A stretch of DNA of 64,000 bases from Squalus acanthias (lineage: Eukaryota). Shown here piece after piece: positions 36,935 to 49,769 of the stretch; the first letter of the stretch is position 1, and each line of letters opens with the position of its first letter. Below the pieces are notes generated by a model, which was not told where the DNA came from, made no database searches, and worked only from the letters and a program-made list of their open reading frames with translations. Location of the stretch: NCBI GenBank assembly GCA_030390025.1, contig CM059438.1:53632001-53696000 (forward strand), read 5' to 3'. The position numbers and the translations under genes were made by a program.

Positions 36935-37127
36935 AACAGAAAATGCTGGAAACACTCAGCAGGCCAGGCAGCATCCGTGGAGAGAGAAACAGAGTTAACG
37001 TTTCAGATCACAGATCTGAAATGTTAACTCTGTTTCTCTCTCTACGGATGCTGCCTGGCCTGCTGAGTGTTTCCAGCATTTTTTGTTGTTATTTCAGATT
37101 TCCAGCATCCGCAGGATTTTGCTATTG
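36935..37127. mobile_element. Palindromic Penelope pLTR derivative (family 2)
   Basis: About 75-bp inverted arms matching 40215-40290; 14-bp TSD TTTTATTGAGTGGC at 36921-36934 and 37128-37141. Confidence 0.85.
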
Positions 37128-37607
37128 TTTTATTGAGTGGCGTTGGATGCTTGGAACAATATGGGACTCACATTCCACTTCCACCTGCTTGGTGCAGAGG
37201 GAATTGAAAAGCAGAGACAGAGTCCTTTGCACTTACCTTGGTTTTTCTCCTGTGCCTGGGTCTATGCTGGGGGAGCAGGAGGGTCACATTGCTCCATGAT
37301 GCAAGCCTCATTCGGGGCACTGCCCCAGAAATTGGTGCAACATCATCATATTGCACCTGCGAAACCTGGCGCAGAGCCTATTGCTACAGGCACACGGCTG
37401 CTGGAAGGGCCCAACCTTTGCCTGATGATGCAATAATCGTGGGGGACTTTAACTTTCATATTGACTGGAAAAATCAAATTGGCAAAAGTAGTTTGGAGGA
37501 CGAGTTCATGGAATGCATTTGGGACAGTTTCCTAGAACAATACGTCGAGGAACCAACCAGGGAACAGGCTATTTTATATCTTGTCTTGTGTATTGAGACA
37601 GGGTTAA

Positions 37608-40293
37608 CAGCAGCACCGACGCACTCTATCTCAAAGCTGTCCGGGTCCACAGTTTCATTTCATCCTTCGACTCATCCGACGCTTCAACAAAAAACTTATT
37701 TTCATCCTTTCTGATGTCAAGGATCGCAAGCTTCATCAACTCTTGGACAGCAACGCCCCTCCAGAACCTTCTTCCCGGTCACTTTCATCTGACCCCCCTT
37801 CTCCCAATCTCACCCCCTGCCGTGTTTTCACTATCCCCTCTGACCTTCCCCTCTCTGACCCCAAACGATTAGTCCTCAGCAAAGGCCTGAGCTTCATCCC
37901 CTTACGCCCCCATCTTAATGAATTTCGAGCTCGGCACGATGCTGAGCTCTTTTTTCGTCGCCTTCGTCTCCGTGCCCACTTTGGCCAGGAGTCTTCCCCC
38001 CGCACAGCTGACCCCTTCTCCCGCTTTCTAAATTTTCGTTCTACTTGGACCCCTCCCTCTGGCCTCTTACCCTCTCTAGATCGTTTCATTGCTAACTGCT
38101 GACGTGACATCGGCCTTCTCAATTTCTCTGCTCCCCTCACTCACTCCAACCTACCTCCCTCTGAACTTGCAGCACTCCATTCTCTCCGATCCAACCCTAA
38201 CATTATCATTAAACCTGCTGATAAGGGTGGTGCTGTTGTTGTTTGGCGAACTGACCTCTACCATGCGGAAGCTGAACGCCAACTCTCCGACACCTCCTCC
38301 TACCTCCGCCTGGACCATGACCCCACTAGCAAACATCAGGCCATTGTTTCCAAGACTGTCACTGACCTCATCTCCTCTGGAGATCTTCCCTCCATGGCCG
38401 CCAACCTCATAGTCCCCCAACCCCGCACAGCCCGCTTCTACCTCCTTCCCAAGATCCACAAACAGGACTGCCCTGGTAGACCCATCGTTTCAGCCTGCTC
38501 TTGCCCCACGGAACTTATCTCTTCCTATCTCGACTCTATTTTTTCTCCCCTTGTCCAGTCTCGTCCCACCTACATTCGCAACTCTTCCGACGTCCTCCGT
38601 CACTTTAACAGTTTCCAGTTTCTTGGCCCCAACCGTCTCCTTTTCACTATGGACGTCCAATCCCTCTACACCTCCATCCCCCACCAGGATGGCCTGAGGG
38701 CGCTCCGCTTCTTCCTTGAACAGAGGCCCAACCAGTCCCCATCCACCGTCACCCTCCTCCGCCTGGCTGAACTTGTTCTCACATTGAACAACTTCTCCTT
38801 TGACTCCACTCATTTCCTCCAAATCAAAGGTGTTGCTATGGGAACCCGCATGGGTCCTAGCTATGCCTGCCTGTTCATGGGATATGTGGAACATTCTTTG
38901 TTCCAGTCCTACTCAGGTCCCCTCCCTCAACTCTTTTTCCGGTACATCGATGACTGTATCGGTGCCGTTTCCTGCTCTCGACCTGAACTAGATAAGTTCA
39001 TTCACTTTACTTCCAATTTCCACCCTTCCCTCACCTTCACATGGTCCATCTCCGACTCTTCCCTTCCCTTCCTTGACTTCTCCGTCTCCATTTCTGGCGA
39101 TCGGCTTTCAACAAACATCCACTACAAGCCCACTGACTCCCACAGCTACCTGGACTACACTTCCTCCCACCCCGCTTCCTGTAAGGACTCTATTCCATTC
39201 TCCCAGTTTCTCCGTCACCGCCACGTCTGTTCTGACAATGCCACCTTCCATACCAGTGCTTCCGACATGTCTTCCTTTTTCCTCAACCGAGGATTCCCCT
39301 CTTCTGTGGTTAACACGGCCCTTGACCGTGTCCATTCCATTTCCCGCACTTCTGCTCTCACCCCTTCCCCTCCCTCCCAGAACCACGATAGGGTTCCCCT
39401 TGTCCTCACCTTTCATCCCACCAGCCTCCACATTCAACGGATAATCCTCCGCCATTTCCGCCACCTCCAACGTGATCCCACCACCAAACACATCTTCCCC
39501 TCCCCTCCCCTTTCAGCATTCCGAAGGGACCGCTGCCTCCGCAGCACCCTGGTCCACTTCTCAATCACCCCTAACAGCCCTTCTCCTTCGCCTGGCACCT
39601 TCCCGTGCAAGTGCAGGAGATGCAACACATGCCCTTTTACCTCCTCCCTTCCCACTGTCCAGGGACCCAAACACCCCTTCCAGGTGAAACAGCGATTTAC
39701 TTGTACTTCTTGCAATTTAATATACTGTATTCGCTGCTCACGATGCGGTCTCCTCTACATTGGGGAGAACAAACGCAGATTGGGCGACCGCTTTGCGGAA
39801 CACCTCCGTTCAGTCCGTAAGGGTGACCCTGAGCTTCCGGTCACCTGTCACTTTAATTCTCCGCTTCACTCCCACTCTGACCTCTCTGTCCTCGGCCTCT
39901 TACACTGTTCCAATGAAGCTCAACGTAAGCTAGAGGAACAGCACCTCATCTTTCGATTAGGCACTTTACAGCCTTCTGGACTCAACATTGAATTCAACAA
40001 TTTCAAACTATAACCCCTGCCCCCATTTTTCATGCTGTATGATTTTGCCATTCCCATTTGCAACATTTTATCTTTCCTGCCTCTTACATAAGCACAGTAT
40101 GTTCTTTCAATTCTTTCCTCCCCTCCAAACCCCCCCCCCCCCACCCTGTCTCTGCACCTGCTTAATATCTGTTACATCTCCAGCTTTTTCCAGTTCTGAT
40201 GAAGGATCCCAGACCTGAAACGTTAACTCTGTTTCTCTCTCCACGGATGCTGCCTGGCCTGCTGAGTATTTCCAGCATTTTCTGTTGTTATTT
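37608..40293 (+). mobile_element. Penelope-like element (Neptune-type, family 2), RT plus GIY-YIG, with an in-frame nonsense codon
   Basis: Same frame across 37743-40013 with TGA at 38100-38102; FYLLPKIHK, GRPIVS, MDVQSLYTSIP, GVAMGT, YIDD, CKCRRCNTC linker, LIYCIRC...LYIGE; 3' pLTR follows. Confidence 0.92.
40192..40228 (+). ncRNA. Minimal hammerhead ribozyme (PLE family 2)
   Basis: AGTT-CTGATGA-AGG..CCT-GAA-ACGT-T-AACT: stem I AGTT/AACT, intact core, palindromic stem III. Confidence 0.75.
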
Positions 40294-40765
40294 TTAATTA
40301 GTTATCTCATAGTAAAGGATCCTCTGGGGAAGAGTGATCATAATATGATAGAATTTTAATTGCGTTCGAGAGTGATGTACTTAAATCCAAAACTAGAGTC
40401 TTAAACTTAAAGCCTATTACATAGGTATGAGAGGTGAGTTGGCTAAAGTGGATTGGGAAATTAGATTGAAAGGTAATAGATAAGTAATGGTGAACATTTA
40501 AAGAAATATTTCATAATTCTCAATGTATATACATTCCATTGAGAATTAACAACTCCACAGGAAAAGTGATCCATCAGTGGCTAACTAAAGAGGTTAAGGA
40601 TAATATTAGATTAAAAGAAGAGGCTTATAATGTTGCCAAGAAAAGTAGTAAGCCTGAGGATTGGGAGAGCTTTAGAAACCAGCAAAAAATGACCAAAAAA
40701 TTGATAAAGAGGGAGAAAATAGAATATGAGTAAACTAGCAAGAAATATAAAAACAGATTGTAAGA

Positions 40766-40906
40766 GCTAGCTTTGTATAATCAGCAAACTTGGATATATT
40801 ACATTTGGTCCCCTCATCTAAGTTATTAATATAGATTGTAAATAGCTGAGGCCCAAGCACTGATCCTTGCGGCACCCCACTAGTTACAGCCGGCCAACCT
40901 GAAAAT
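40766..40906 (-). mobile_element. Short CR1 RT fragment
   Basis: [38 protein letters not shown]. Confidence 0.8.
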
Positions 40907-42110
40907 AAGCATAGAAACATAGAACATCGAAACATAGAAACATAGGAGCAGGAGTAGGCTATTCGGCCCTTCGAGCCTGCTCCGCCATTCAATATGATCA
41001 TGGCTGATCCTCTATCTCAATACCATATTCCCGCTCTCTCCCCATACCCCTTGATGCCTTTTGTGTCTAGAAATCTATCCATCTCCTTCTTAATGATATT
41101 CAGTGACTTGGCCTCCACAGCCTTCTGGGGTAGAGAATTCCACAGGTTCACCACCCTCTGAGTGAAGAAATTTCTCCTCATCTCAGTCCTAAATGTCCTA
41201 CCCCGTATCCTGAGACTGTGACCCCTCGTTCTAGACCCCCCCCCAGCCAGGGTAAACATCCTCCCTGCATCCAGTCTGTCTAGCCCTGTCAGAATTTTAT
41301 ACGTTTCAGTGAGATCTCTCATTCTTCTAAACTCTAGTGAATACAGGCCTAGTTGACCCAATCTCTCCTCATACGACAGTCCTGCCATCCCAGGAATCAG
41401 TCTGGTGAACCTTCGCTGCACTCCCTCCATGGCAAGTATATCGTTTCTTAGGTAAGGAGACCAAAAATGCACACAGTACTCCAGGTGTGGTCTCACCAAG
41501 GCCCTGTATAACTGTAGTAAGACATCCTTGCTCCTGTACTCAAATCCTCTTGCAATGAAGGCCAACATACCATTTGCCTTCCTAACTGCTTGCTGCACCT
41601 GCATGTTTGCTTTCAGTGACTGGTGTACAAGGACACCCAGGTCCCTTTGTACATCGTGTGGAGATGCCAGTGTTGGACTGGGGTGGACAAATGTGAGAAG
41701 TCGCACAGCACCAGGTTATAGTCCAACAGTTGTATTTGAAATCACAAGTTTTCGGAGCGCTGCTCCTTCGTCAGGTGAAGTGAAGAGATGTATATAGGCA
41801 CAGCATATATAGTCAGAGAACACTGCCAGATGATTACAGTTAATCTTTCTAACTGCCCTTTATCACACCTCGGTAGAGAGATAATCACGGCAATCAAAGG
41901 TGTGGATGGTGTCCAAACAGGTCAGTCAGGAAAACATTACATCAAAGACAATGAGGTGGGGTCACAAGGGGTCAAATGTGGCAGATGCTGGGGTCTGTGT
42001 GGAAAACAAAAAACTTTTTTTGCTGGAAATCACAGCAGGTCCGGCCGCACCTGTGTAGAGAGAACAAGCCAACGACGACTCGAGTCTGGATGACTCTACG
42101 TCAGGTGGGG

Positions 42111-44786
42111 TTACATGTAGCGTGACATGAACCCAAGATCCTGGTTGAGGCCGTCCTCATGGGTGCGGAACTTGGCTATCAGTTTCTGCTCGACAATTTT
42201 GCGTTGTCGTGTGTCTCGAAGGCCGCCTTGGAGAACGCTTACCCGAAGATCGGAGGCTGAATGTCCTTGACTGCTGAAGTGTTCCCCGACTGGGAGGGAA
42301 CACTCCTGCCTGGCGATTGTTGCGCGGTGTCCGTTCATACATTGTCGCAGTGTCTGCATGGTCTCGCCGATGTACCATGCTCCGGGGCATCCTTTCCTGC
42401 AACGTATGAGGTAGACAACGTTGGCCGAGTCACATGAGTATGTACCATGTACCTGGTGGGTAGTGTCCTCACGTGTGATGATGGTATCTGTGTTGATGAT
42501 CTGGCATGTCTTGCAGAGGTTGCTGTGGCAGGGTTGTGTGGTGTCGTGGTCGCTGTTCTCCTGAAAGCTGGGTAATTTGCTGCGAACGATGGTCTGTTTG
42601 AGGTTAGGCGGCTGTTTGAAGGCGAGTAGTGGAGGCGTGAGGATGGCCTTAGCGAGGTGTTCGTCGTCATCGATGACATGTTGAAGGCTGCGAAGAACAT
42701 GGCGTAGTTTCTCCGCTCCGGGGAAGTACTGGACGACGTAGGGTACTCTGTTGGTTGTGTCCCGTGTTCGTCTTCTGAGGAGGTCTATGCGATTTTTTGC
42801 TGTGGCCTGTTGGAACTGTCGATCGACGAGTCGAGCGTCATATCCCGTTCTTACAAGGGCGTCTTTCAGCGTCTGTTGGTGTCCATCGCGTTCCTCCTCG
42901 TCTGAGCAGATCCTGTGTATTCGCAGGGCTTGTCCATAGGGGATGGCTTCTTTAACGTGGTTAGGGTGGAAGCTGGAGAAGTGGAGCATCGTGAGGTTGT
43001 CCGTGGGCTTGCGGTAGAGTGAAGTGCTGAGGTGTCCGTCTTTGATGGAGATTCGTGTGTCCAAGAATGAAACCGATTCTGAGGAGTAGTCCATGGTGAG
43101 TTTGATGGTGGGATGGAAATTGTTGATGTTATCGTGTAATCTTTTCAGTGATTCTTCGCCGTGGGTCAATAGGAAGAAAATGTCGTCGATGTATCTGGTG
43201 TACAGCGTTGGTTGGAGGTCCTGTGCAGCGAAGAAGTCTTGCTCGAACTTGTGCATGAAGATGTTGGCGTATTGGGGTGCGAATTTGGTCCCCATGGCTG
43301 TTCCGTGTGTTTGGGTAAAAAACTGGTTATCGAAGGTGAAGACATTGTGGTCAAGGATGAAGCGGATGAGTTGTAGGATGGCGTCTGGAGATTGGCTGTT
43401 GTTGGTGTTGAGTACCGAGGCTGTCGCAGCGATGCCGTATTCGTGGGGGATACTGGTGTAGAGTGCCAAGACGTCCATCGTGGTGAGGAGTGTTCCTGGT
43501 TCAACTGGTCCGTGGGTGCTGAGTTTCTGTAAGAAGTCTGTAGTGTCAAGACAGAAGCTGGGGGTTCCCTGTACGATGGGTTTCAGGATGCCCTCGACGT
43601 ATCCAGAGAGGTTCTCACACAGGGTTCCGTTGCCTGATATGATAGGACGTCCGGGTGTGTTGGCTTTGTGTATCTTTGGGAGGCAGTAGAAGTCTCCCAC
43701 GCGGGGAGTACGTGGGATGAGAGCGCGTAGGATGCTTTGAAGGTCTGGATCGAAGGTCTTGATCAGTCTATTGAGTTGGCGGGTGTGTTCTTTGGTTGGA
43801 TCTGCGGGTAACTGTCTGTAGTGTTCCTGGTTGTCCAGTTGTCGGTATGCTTCTTTGCAATAGTCCATTCTGTTCTGTATGACGATGGCTCCTCCTTTGT
43901 CCGCTGGTTTGATGACGATGTTGCGGTTGGTCTTGAGAGCGTGGATGGCGTTGCGTTGTGCTCGGGTGACATTCTGGACTGTCTTGTGAGTGCGGCTGAT
44001 GAATCTGGCGTTGATGCATCTCCTGACAGCTTGAGCCTGCATGTCAAGCTTAGGGCAGCGACCCTCCGGAGGGGTCCAATTTGACTCTTTCTTCTTCGTT
44101 TGCTGCACTGCGGGTCCCTCTGTCTGCTGTTCCGGATCATTGATTGTCTCATTGGGTTCGCTGCTGACATCTTGGGATTCGTGGAAGAATTCCCGGAGCC
44201 TCATTCTCCTGATGAATTCCTCTGTGTCTGCTGCGAGACCGATGGGGTCCATTTTGGTGGTGGGGCAGAAATTGAGCCCTCGGCTGAGAACTTGGATTTC
44301 GTCTGTTTGAAGGGTGTGGTCAGACAAGTTGATGATGGACTTCCCTGTGGTTGCAACCGTGGTACCGGGGGAGGCTTGGTTGCTGCTGGTGGTGATGCCG
44401 AGTTTCTCAAGCTTCCTGTTCTTGGTGTGCATGTAGGTAGCGTAGTTCCGTTGCCTCGTCTGTTTGGCGGTGTCTCGTAGCTGGTCTGCTGTGTCCTGAG
44501 CACAGGCTGAGAACATGGACTCTATCTTGGTTTCGAGGTTGCGGCTTTTGCTGTAGAGCTGGTGTACGAGATGGTTGAGGAGTGTGCGAGAGGTACGACG
44601 GCAGAGTCTCTCAGCGTAGTCTGTGTTGTATGTCGACTTGAGTGGGTTCGTAATCTGTAGTCCTTTCGGGATCTTGTCTGCTTTCTTGCATCTCTGTAGA
44701 AACTTGATGTCTGTGTCGATATGCGCAATCTTCTTGGAGATCCTCTCCACTTTGAGCCGGCAGTTTGTGGTGTCGATAGTAGCCAT
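42111..44786 (-). CDS. Intact PLE reverse transcriptase/GIY-YIG endonuclease (891 aa)
   Basis: Uninterrupted frame from MATIDTT; KPADKGG, LPKIHK, PGRPIIS, GTAMGT, YIDD, CHSNLCKTC, VVYLIRC...WYIGET, GLN. Confidence 0.95.
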   Translation of the reverse strand: MATIDTTNCRLKVERISKKIAHIDTDIKFLQRCKKADKIPKGLQITNPLKSTYNTDYAERLCRRTSRTLLNHLVHQLYSKSRNLETKIESMFSACAQDTADQLRDTAKQTRQRNYATYMHTKNRKLEKLGITTSSNQASPGTTVATTGKSIINLSDHTLQTDEIQVLSRGLNFCPTTKMDPIGLAADTEEFIRRMRLREFFHESQDVSSEPNETINDPEQQTEGPAVQQTKKKESNWTPPEGRCPKLDMQAQAVRRCINARFISRTHKTVQNVTRAQRNAIHALKTNRNIVIKPADKGGAIVIQNRMDYCKEAYRQLDNQEHYRQLPADPTKEHTRQLNRLIKTFDPDLQSILRALIPRTPRVGDFYCLPKIHKANTPGRPIISGNGTLCENLSGYVEGILKPIVQGTPSFCLDTTDFLQKLSTHGPVEPGTLLTTMDVLALYTSIPHEYGIAATASVLNTNNSQSPDAILQLIRFILDHNVFTFDNQFFTQTHGTAMGTKFAPQYANIFMHKFEQDFFAAQDLQPTLYTRYIDDIFFLLTHGEESLKRLHDNINNFHPTIKLTMDYSSESVSFLDTRISIKDGHLSTSLYRKPTDNLTMLHFSSFHPNHVKEAIPYGQALRIHRICSDEEERDGHQQTLKDALVRTGYDARLVDRQFQQATAKNRIDLLRRRTRDTTNRVPYVVQYFPGAEKLRHVLRSLQHVIDDDEHLAKAILTPPLLAFKQPPNLKQTIVRSKLPSFQENSDHDTTQPCHSNLCKTCQIINTDTIITREDTTHQVHGTYSCDSANVVYLIRCRKGCPGAWYIGETMQTLRQCMNGHRATIARQECSLPVGEHFSSQGHSASDLRVSVLQGGLRDTRQRKIVEQKLIAKFRTHEDGLNQDLGFMSRYM

Positions 44787-45610
44787 GATGTGGAGATGCC
44801 GGTGTTGGACTGGGGTGGACAAATGTGAGAAGTCGCACAACACCAGGTTATAGTCCAACAGCTTTATTTGAAATCACAAGTTTTCGGCGCGCTGCTCCTT
44901 CATCAGGTGAAGTGAAGAGATGTATATAGGCACAGCATATATAGTTAGAGAACACTGCCAGATGATTACAGTTAATCTTTCTAACTGCCCTTTATCACAC
45001 CTCGGCAGAGAGACAATCACAGCAATCAAAGGTGTGGATGGTGTCCAAACAGGTCAGTCAGGAAAACATTACATCAAAGACAATGAGGTGGGGTCACAAG
45101 GGGTCAAATGTGTCAGATGCTGGGGTCTGTGTGGAAAACAAATAACTTTTTTTTGCTGGAAATCACAGCAGGTCCGGCCACACCTGTGTAGAGAGAACAA
45201 GCCAACGACGACTCGAGTCTGGATGACTCTACGTCAGGTGGGGTTACATGTAGCGTGACATGAACCCAAGATCCCGGTTGAGGCCGTCCTCATGGGTGCG
45301 GAACTTGGCTATCAGTTTCTGCTCGACGATTTTGCGTTGTCGTGTGTCTCGAAGGCCGCCTTGGAGAACGCTTACCTGAAGATCGGAGGCTGAATGTCCT
45401 TGACTGCTGAAGTGTTCCCCGACTGGGAGGGAACACTCCTGCCTGGCGTCGTTGTTTTCCTGACTGACCTGTTTGGACACCATCCACAACTTTGATTGCC
45501 GTGATTATCTCTCTGCCGAGGTGTGATAAAGGGCAGTTAGAAAGATTAACTGTGATCATCTGGCAGTGTTCTCTGACTTTATATGCTGTGCCTTAATGCA
45601 TCTCTTCACT

Positions 45611-45647
45611 TCACCTGACGAAGGAGCAGCGCTCCGAAAGCTTGTGA
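45611..45647 (+). ncRNA. Minimal hammerhead ribozyme (PLE family 1)
   Basis: TCAC-CTGACGA-A-GGAGC-AGC-GCTCC-GAA-AGCT-T-GTGA; further copies at 769-805(-), about 41742-41778(-), about 44874-44910(-), 49776-49812(+), 52627-52663(-), 53428-53464(+). Confidence 0.8.
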
Positions 45648-48600
45648 TTTCAAATAAAACTGTTGGACTATAACCTGGTGTTGTGCGACTTCTCACCTTT
45701 GTACATCAGCATTTCCCAATCTAGCACCATTTAAATAATACTCTACCTTTCTGTTTTTCCTACCAAAGTGGATAACTTCACATTTATCCATGTTATACTG
45801 CACCTGCCATGTATTTGCCCACTCACTCAACTTGTCTAAATCGCCTTGAAGCCTCTTTGTATCCTCCTCACAACTCACAATCCCACCTAGTTTCGTGTCG
45901 TCAGCAAACTTGGAAATATTACATTTGGTTCCCTCATCCAAATCATTGATATATATTGTGAATAGCTGTGGCCCAAGCACTGATCCCTGCGGTACCCCAC
46001 TAGTCACCGCCTGCCACCCCGAAAAAGACCCATTTATTCCTACTCTCTGTTTTCTGTCTGTTAACCAATTTTCAATCCATGCCAGTATATTACCCCCAAT
46101 CCCATGTGCTTTAATTTTACACACTAACCTCTTATGTGGGACTTTATCAAAGGCATTCTGAAAATCCAAATACACCACATCCACTGGTTCTCCCTTATCT
46201 ATTCTACCAGTTACATCCTCAAAAAACTCCAGTAGGTTTGTCAAACACGATTTCCCTTTCATAAATCCATGTTGACTTTGTCTAATCCCGTTGATATTTT
46301 CTAAGTGTCCTGTTATCACATCCTTTATTTAATAGACTCTAGATGTTAGGCTAACCGGCCTGTAGTTCCCTGTTTTCTCTCTCCCTCCTTTTTTAAATAG
46401 TGGGGTTACATTTGCCACCCTCCAATCTGCAGGAACTGTTCCATAATCTATAGAATTTTGGAAGATGACAACCAATGCATCCACTATTTCCATGGCTACC
46501 TCTTTTAGTACTCTGAGATGCATATTATCAGGCCCTGGGGATTTATCGGCTTTCAGTCCCATTAATTTCTCCAGCACTATTTTTTTACTGATACTATTTT
46601 CCTTTAATTCCTCCTTCTCACTAGACCCTTGGTTCCCTAGCATTTGTGGGAAGTTATTTGTGTCCACTTCCGTGAAGACAGAGCCAAAGTATTTGTTTAA
46701 TTGCTCAGCCATTTCCTTGTTCCCCATTAGAAATTCTCTCGTTTCTGACTGTAAGGGACCTACATTTGTCTTCACTAATCTTTTTCTTTTTACATACTTG
46801 TAGAAGCTTTTACAGACCGCTTTTATGTTCCTTGCAAGTTTACTCTCATACTCACTTTTTCCCCTCTTAATCAATTTCTTGGTCCTTTTTTGCTGAACTC
46901 TAAACTGCTCCCAATCTTCAGGCTTGCTACTTTTTCTGGCAACTTTATGTGACTCCTCGTTGGATCTAATACTATCCTTAATTTCTTTTGTTAGCCATAG
47001 TTGGGCCACTTTTCCTTTTGTGTTTTAGCGCCAGAAAGGAATGTATAACTGTTGCAATTCATGTATTCGTTCCTTAAATGTTAGCCATTGCCTATGCACC
47101 ATCATGCCTTTTAATGAAGCACCCCAATCTATCATAGCCAACTCACTCCTCATACCTTCGTAGTTTCCTTTGTTTAGATTTAGGACCCTAGTTTCGGATT
47201 GGACTTCTTCACTTTCCATCTTAATGAAGAATTCTATCATATTATGGTCACTCTTCCCTAAAGGACCCCGCACAACAAGATTATTAATTAACCCCTTCTC
47301 ATTGCACAATACCCAATCTAGGATAGCCTGTTCCCTAGTTGGCTCCTCAACGTACTGGTCTAAAAAACCATCTCGTACACACTCCAGGAATTCATCCTCC
47401 ACAGTATTATTGCTAATTTGGTTTGGCCAGTCTATATGTAGATTAAAGTCACCCATGATCACTGTAGTACCCTTGTTACATGCGTCTCTAATTTCCTGTT
47501 TGATACCATCCCCTACATTACCACTACTGTTTGGAGGCCTATAGACAACTCCCACCAATGTTTTCTGCCCCTTGGTGCTTCTTAGCTCCACCCAGACTGA
47601 TTCTACATCTTTATTTTCTGAGCCAATATCCTTTCTCACTATTGCTCTGATTTCATCCTTTACTAACAACGCCACCCCACCTCCATTTCCCTTTTGCCTG
47701 TCCTTCCTAACTATCGAATATCCTTGCATATTCAGCTCCCAGCTTTGGTCACCCTGCAGCCATGTTTCCGTAATCGCAATTACATCGTATCTGTTTACAT
47801 CTATTTGCGCTGTTAATTCGTCTACCTTATTACGAATGCTTCGTGCATTCAGATAGTGCCTTTAGATTTGTCTTTTTAACATTTTTAGACATCTTAACAT
47901 TTTTTTGTACTATGGCCCTATTTGTCTTATTACCATTTTTTCTTACCCGGGCCCTATTTGTTAGTGCACTCCTTTGTTTGTACGCTCTGTCCCTTCCTGA
48001 CACAATCTGGTTATCCTTACCCCAATCACTTTCCTGCACTGCTTCCTTTTCTTTTCTCTTTAGCATTCTAGATTTCTCTCCACCGTGACCACCCCCCCCC
48101 CCCCCCCGCCCCCACCCCGCCCCCCCCCCCGCCCCCTATTTAGTTTAAAGCCCTATCTACCTCCCTAGTTATTCGATTCGCTAGAACTCTGGTCCCAGCA
48201 TGGATCAGGTGTAGTTCATCCCATTGGAACAGCTCTCTCTTTCCCCAGTACTGGTGCCAGTGCCCCACGAATCGAAACCCACTTCTCCCACACCAATCTT
48301 TGAGCCACACATTCATCTCCCTGATCCTATTGACCCTATGCCAATTTGCTCATGGCTCAGTTAATAATCCAGAGATTATGACCTTTGTGGTTCTGCTTTT
48401 TAATTTAGTCCCTAGCTGCTCAAAATCTCTCAGCAGAACCTCTTTCTTTGTCCTACCTATGTCGTTGGTACCATGTGGACCACGACAACTGGATCCTCCC
48501 CCTCCCACTCCAAGTTCTTCTCCAGCCCGGAGGAGATGTCCTTTACCCTGGCACTGGGTAGGCAACATAGCCTTTGGGACTCAAGCTCCTGGCAGCAGAG

Positions 48601-49769
48601 AACAGTGTTTATCCCCCTAACTATACTGTCGCCTACTACAACCGCCTTCCTTTTTACTCCCCCCACTTGAACGGCTTCCTGTACCACGGTGCCGTGGTCA
48701 GTTTGCTCGTCCTCCCCGCAGTCCCCGCACTTGTCCACAAGGGTTGCAAGAACCTCGAATCTATTGGACAAGTGCAGGGACTGAGGCTCCTGCAATACTA
48801 CCTCCTGGGTCCCCGTACCTGTCTCACTCACAGTCACACCCTCCTGTCCCTGACCACATGTCAATTCTAAAGTATTTAATCTAAGGGGTGTGGTTGCCTC
48901 CTGGAGCAAAAGGTCCAGGTAACTTTCTCCCTCCCTGATGTCTCGCAATGTCTGCAGCTCGGACTCCAGCTCCTCAACTCGGAGCCGAAGTTCCTCGAGC
49001 CGCAGACACTTACCGCAGATGTAGTCGCCCTGGACAAAAATGTCCACAAGCTCCCACATATTGCAGCAGCAACACATCTCCTGTTCTCCCATTATTTAAT
49101 TTATTTAATTAATTTGTTTAGTGTTAATAAAATTATTTACCTCGTTTAGTTTATTAAATTAATTAAATTAAGTTTAGTTTTTAAAATTTAGTTATATGTT
49201 AACTTAAACTTAGCCCACAGTCACCACCAATCACTTACCTGCCTTACCTGTGACGTCACACTGCCGTTTTCTCTTGTTGATGCAGGTCTGCTGCTGCTTT
49301 TATCCCCGCTCTCGGGCCTCGGTCTGCTCCCGCTCAGGTCCACCGCCGCTCTGCGGGAGAAGTTAGGAAAAGCAAGCACCTCCTTCCCCCACCTCACCAA
49401 ACTCCCACACTTACCGAACTCCCAGTTATTCACTCTGTGCTCGCTGCACTCACAGGCCCCTGTGTTTATACTGTTTGTAACTCAGATGAGTCAACACTGC
49501 TCTGCTACTGTTTCAGGAACCAGTTTAATCTAGTTAGCTAATTAACTAACTACAGCAGCTCTCCAGCAGGAGCACTTGCTTGTTTGTCTCTGCTTAAGCC
49601 TGAAGAAACTTAAAAATTTAAAGTTTAAATTTTAACTTAAACAGTTGATCTTACTTAAGAGCTACTAGCAATTAACACTAGATTTTAAAAGAGATTAACC
49701 CTTAAAACTCCACACTTACAAAACTCCCAGTTGTTTACTCTGTGCTGGCTGCACTCACAGGCCCCTGAA

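Larger units (their letters stand above)
37432..40765 (+). mobile_element. CR1 LINE endonuclease-region fragment interrupted by a Penelope-like element
   Basis: IIVGDFNFHIDW...PTREQAILYLVL before 37607 resumes as ...DPLGKSDHNMIEF after about 40295. Confidence 0.8.
41656..45695 (-). mobile_element. Penelope-like element (Neptune-type, family 1) as a partial tandem plus inverted pLTR
   Basis: pLTR 41656-42110, ORF, second pLTR 44787-45243, ORF 3' remnant 45244-45450, inverted pLTR 45452-45695; TSD CCTTTGTACATC at 41644-41655 and 45696-45707. Confidence 0.95.
40908..49460 (-). mobile_element. Near full-length degenerate CR1 LINE interrupted by a Penelope-like element
   Basis: ORF1 at about 48085-49092 (Cys motif, GDSIVRG/GTNDIG esterase); ORF2 pieces 47025-47850 (APE), 46329-47009, 45693-46319 (FADD) and 41017-41655; 3' UTR hairpin and (TTCTATGT)n tail at 40908-40945. 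Confidence 0.92.
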
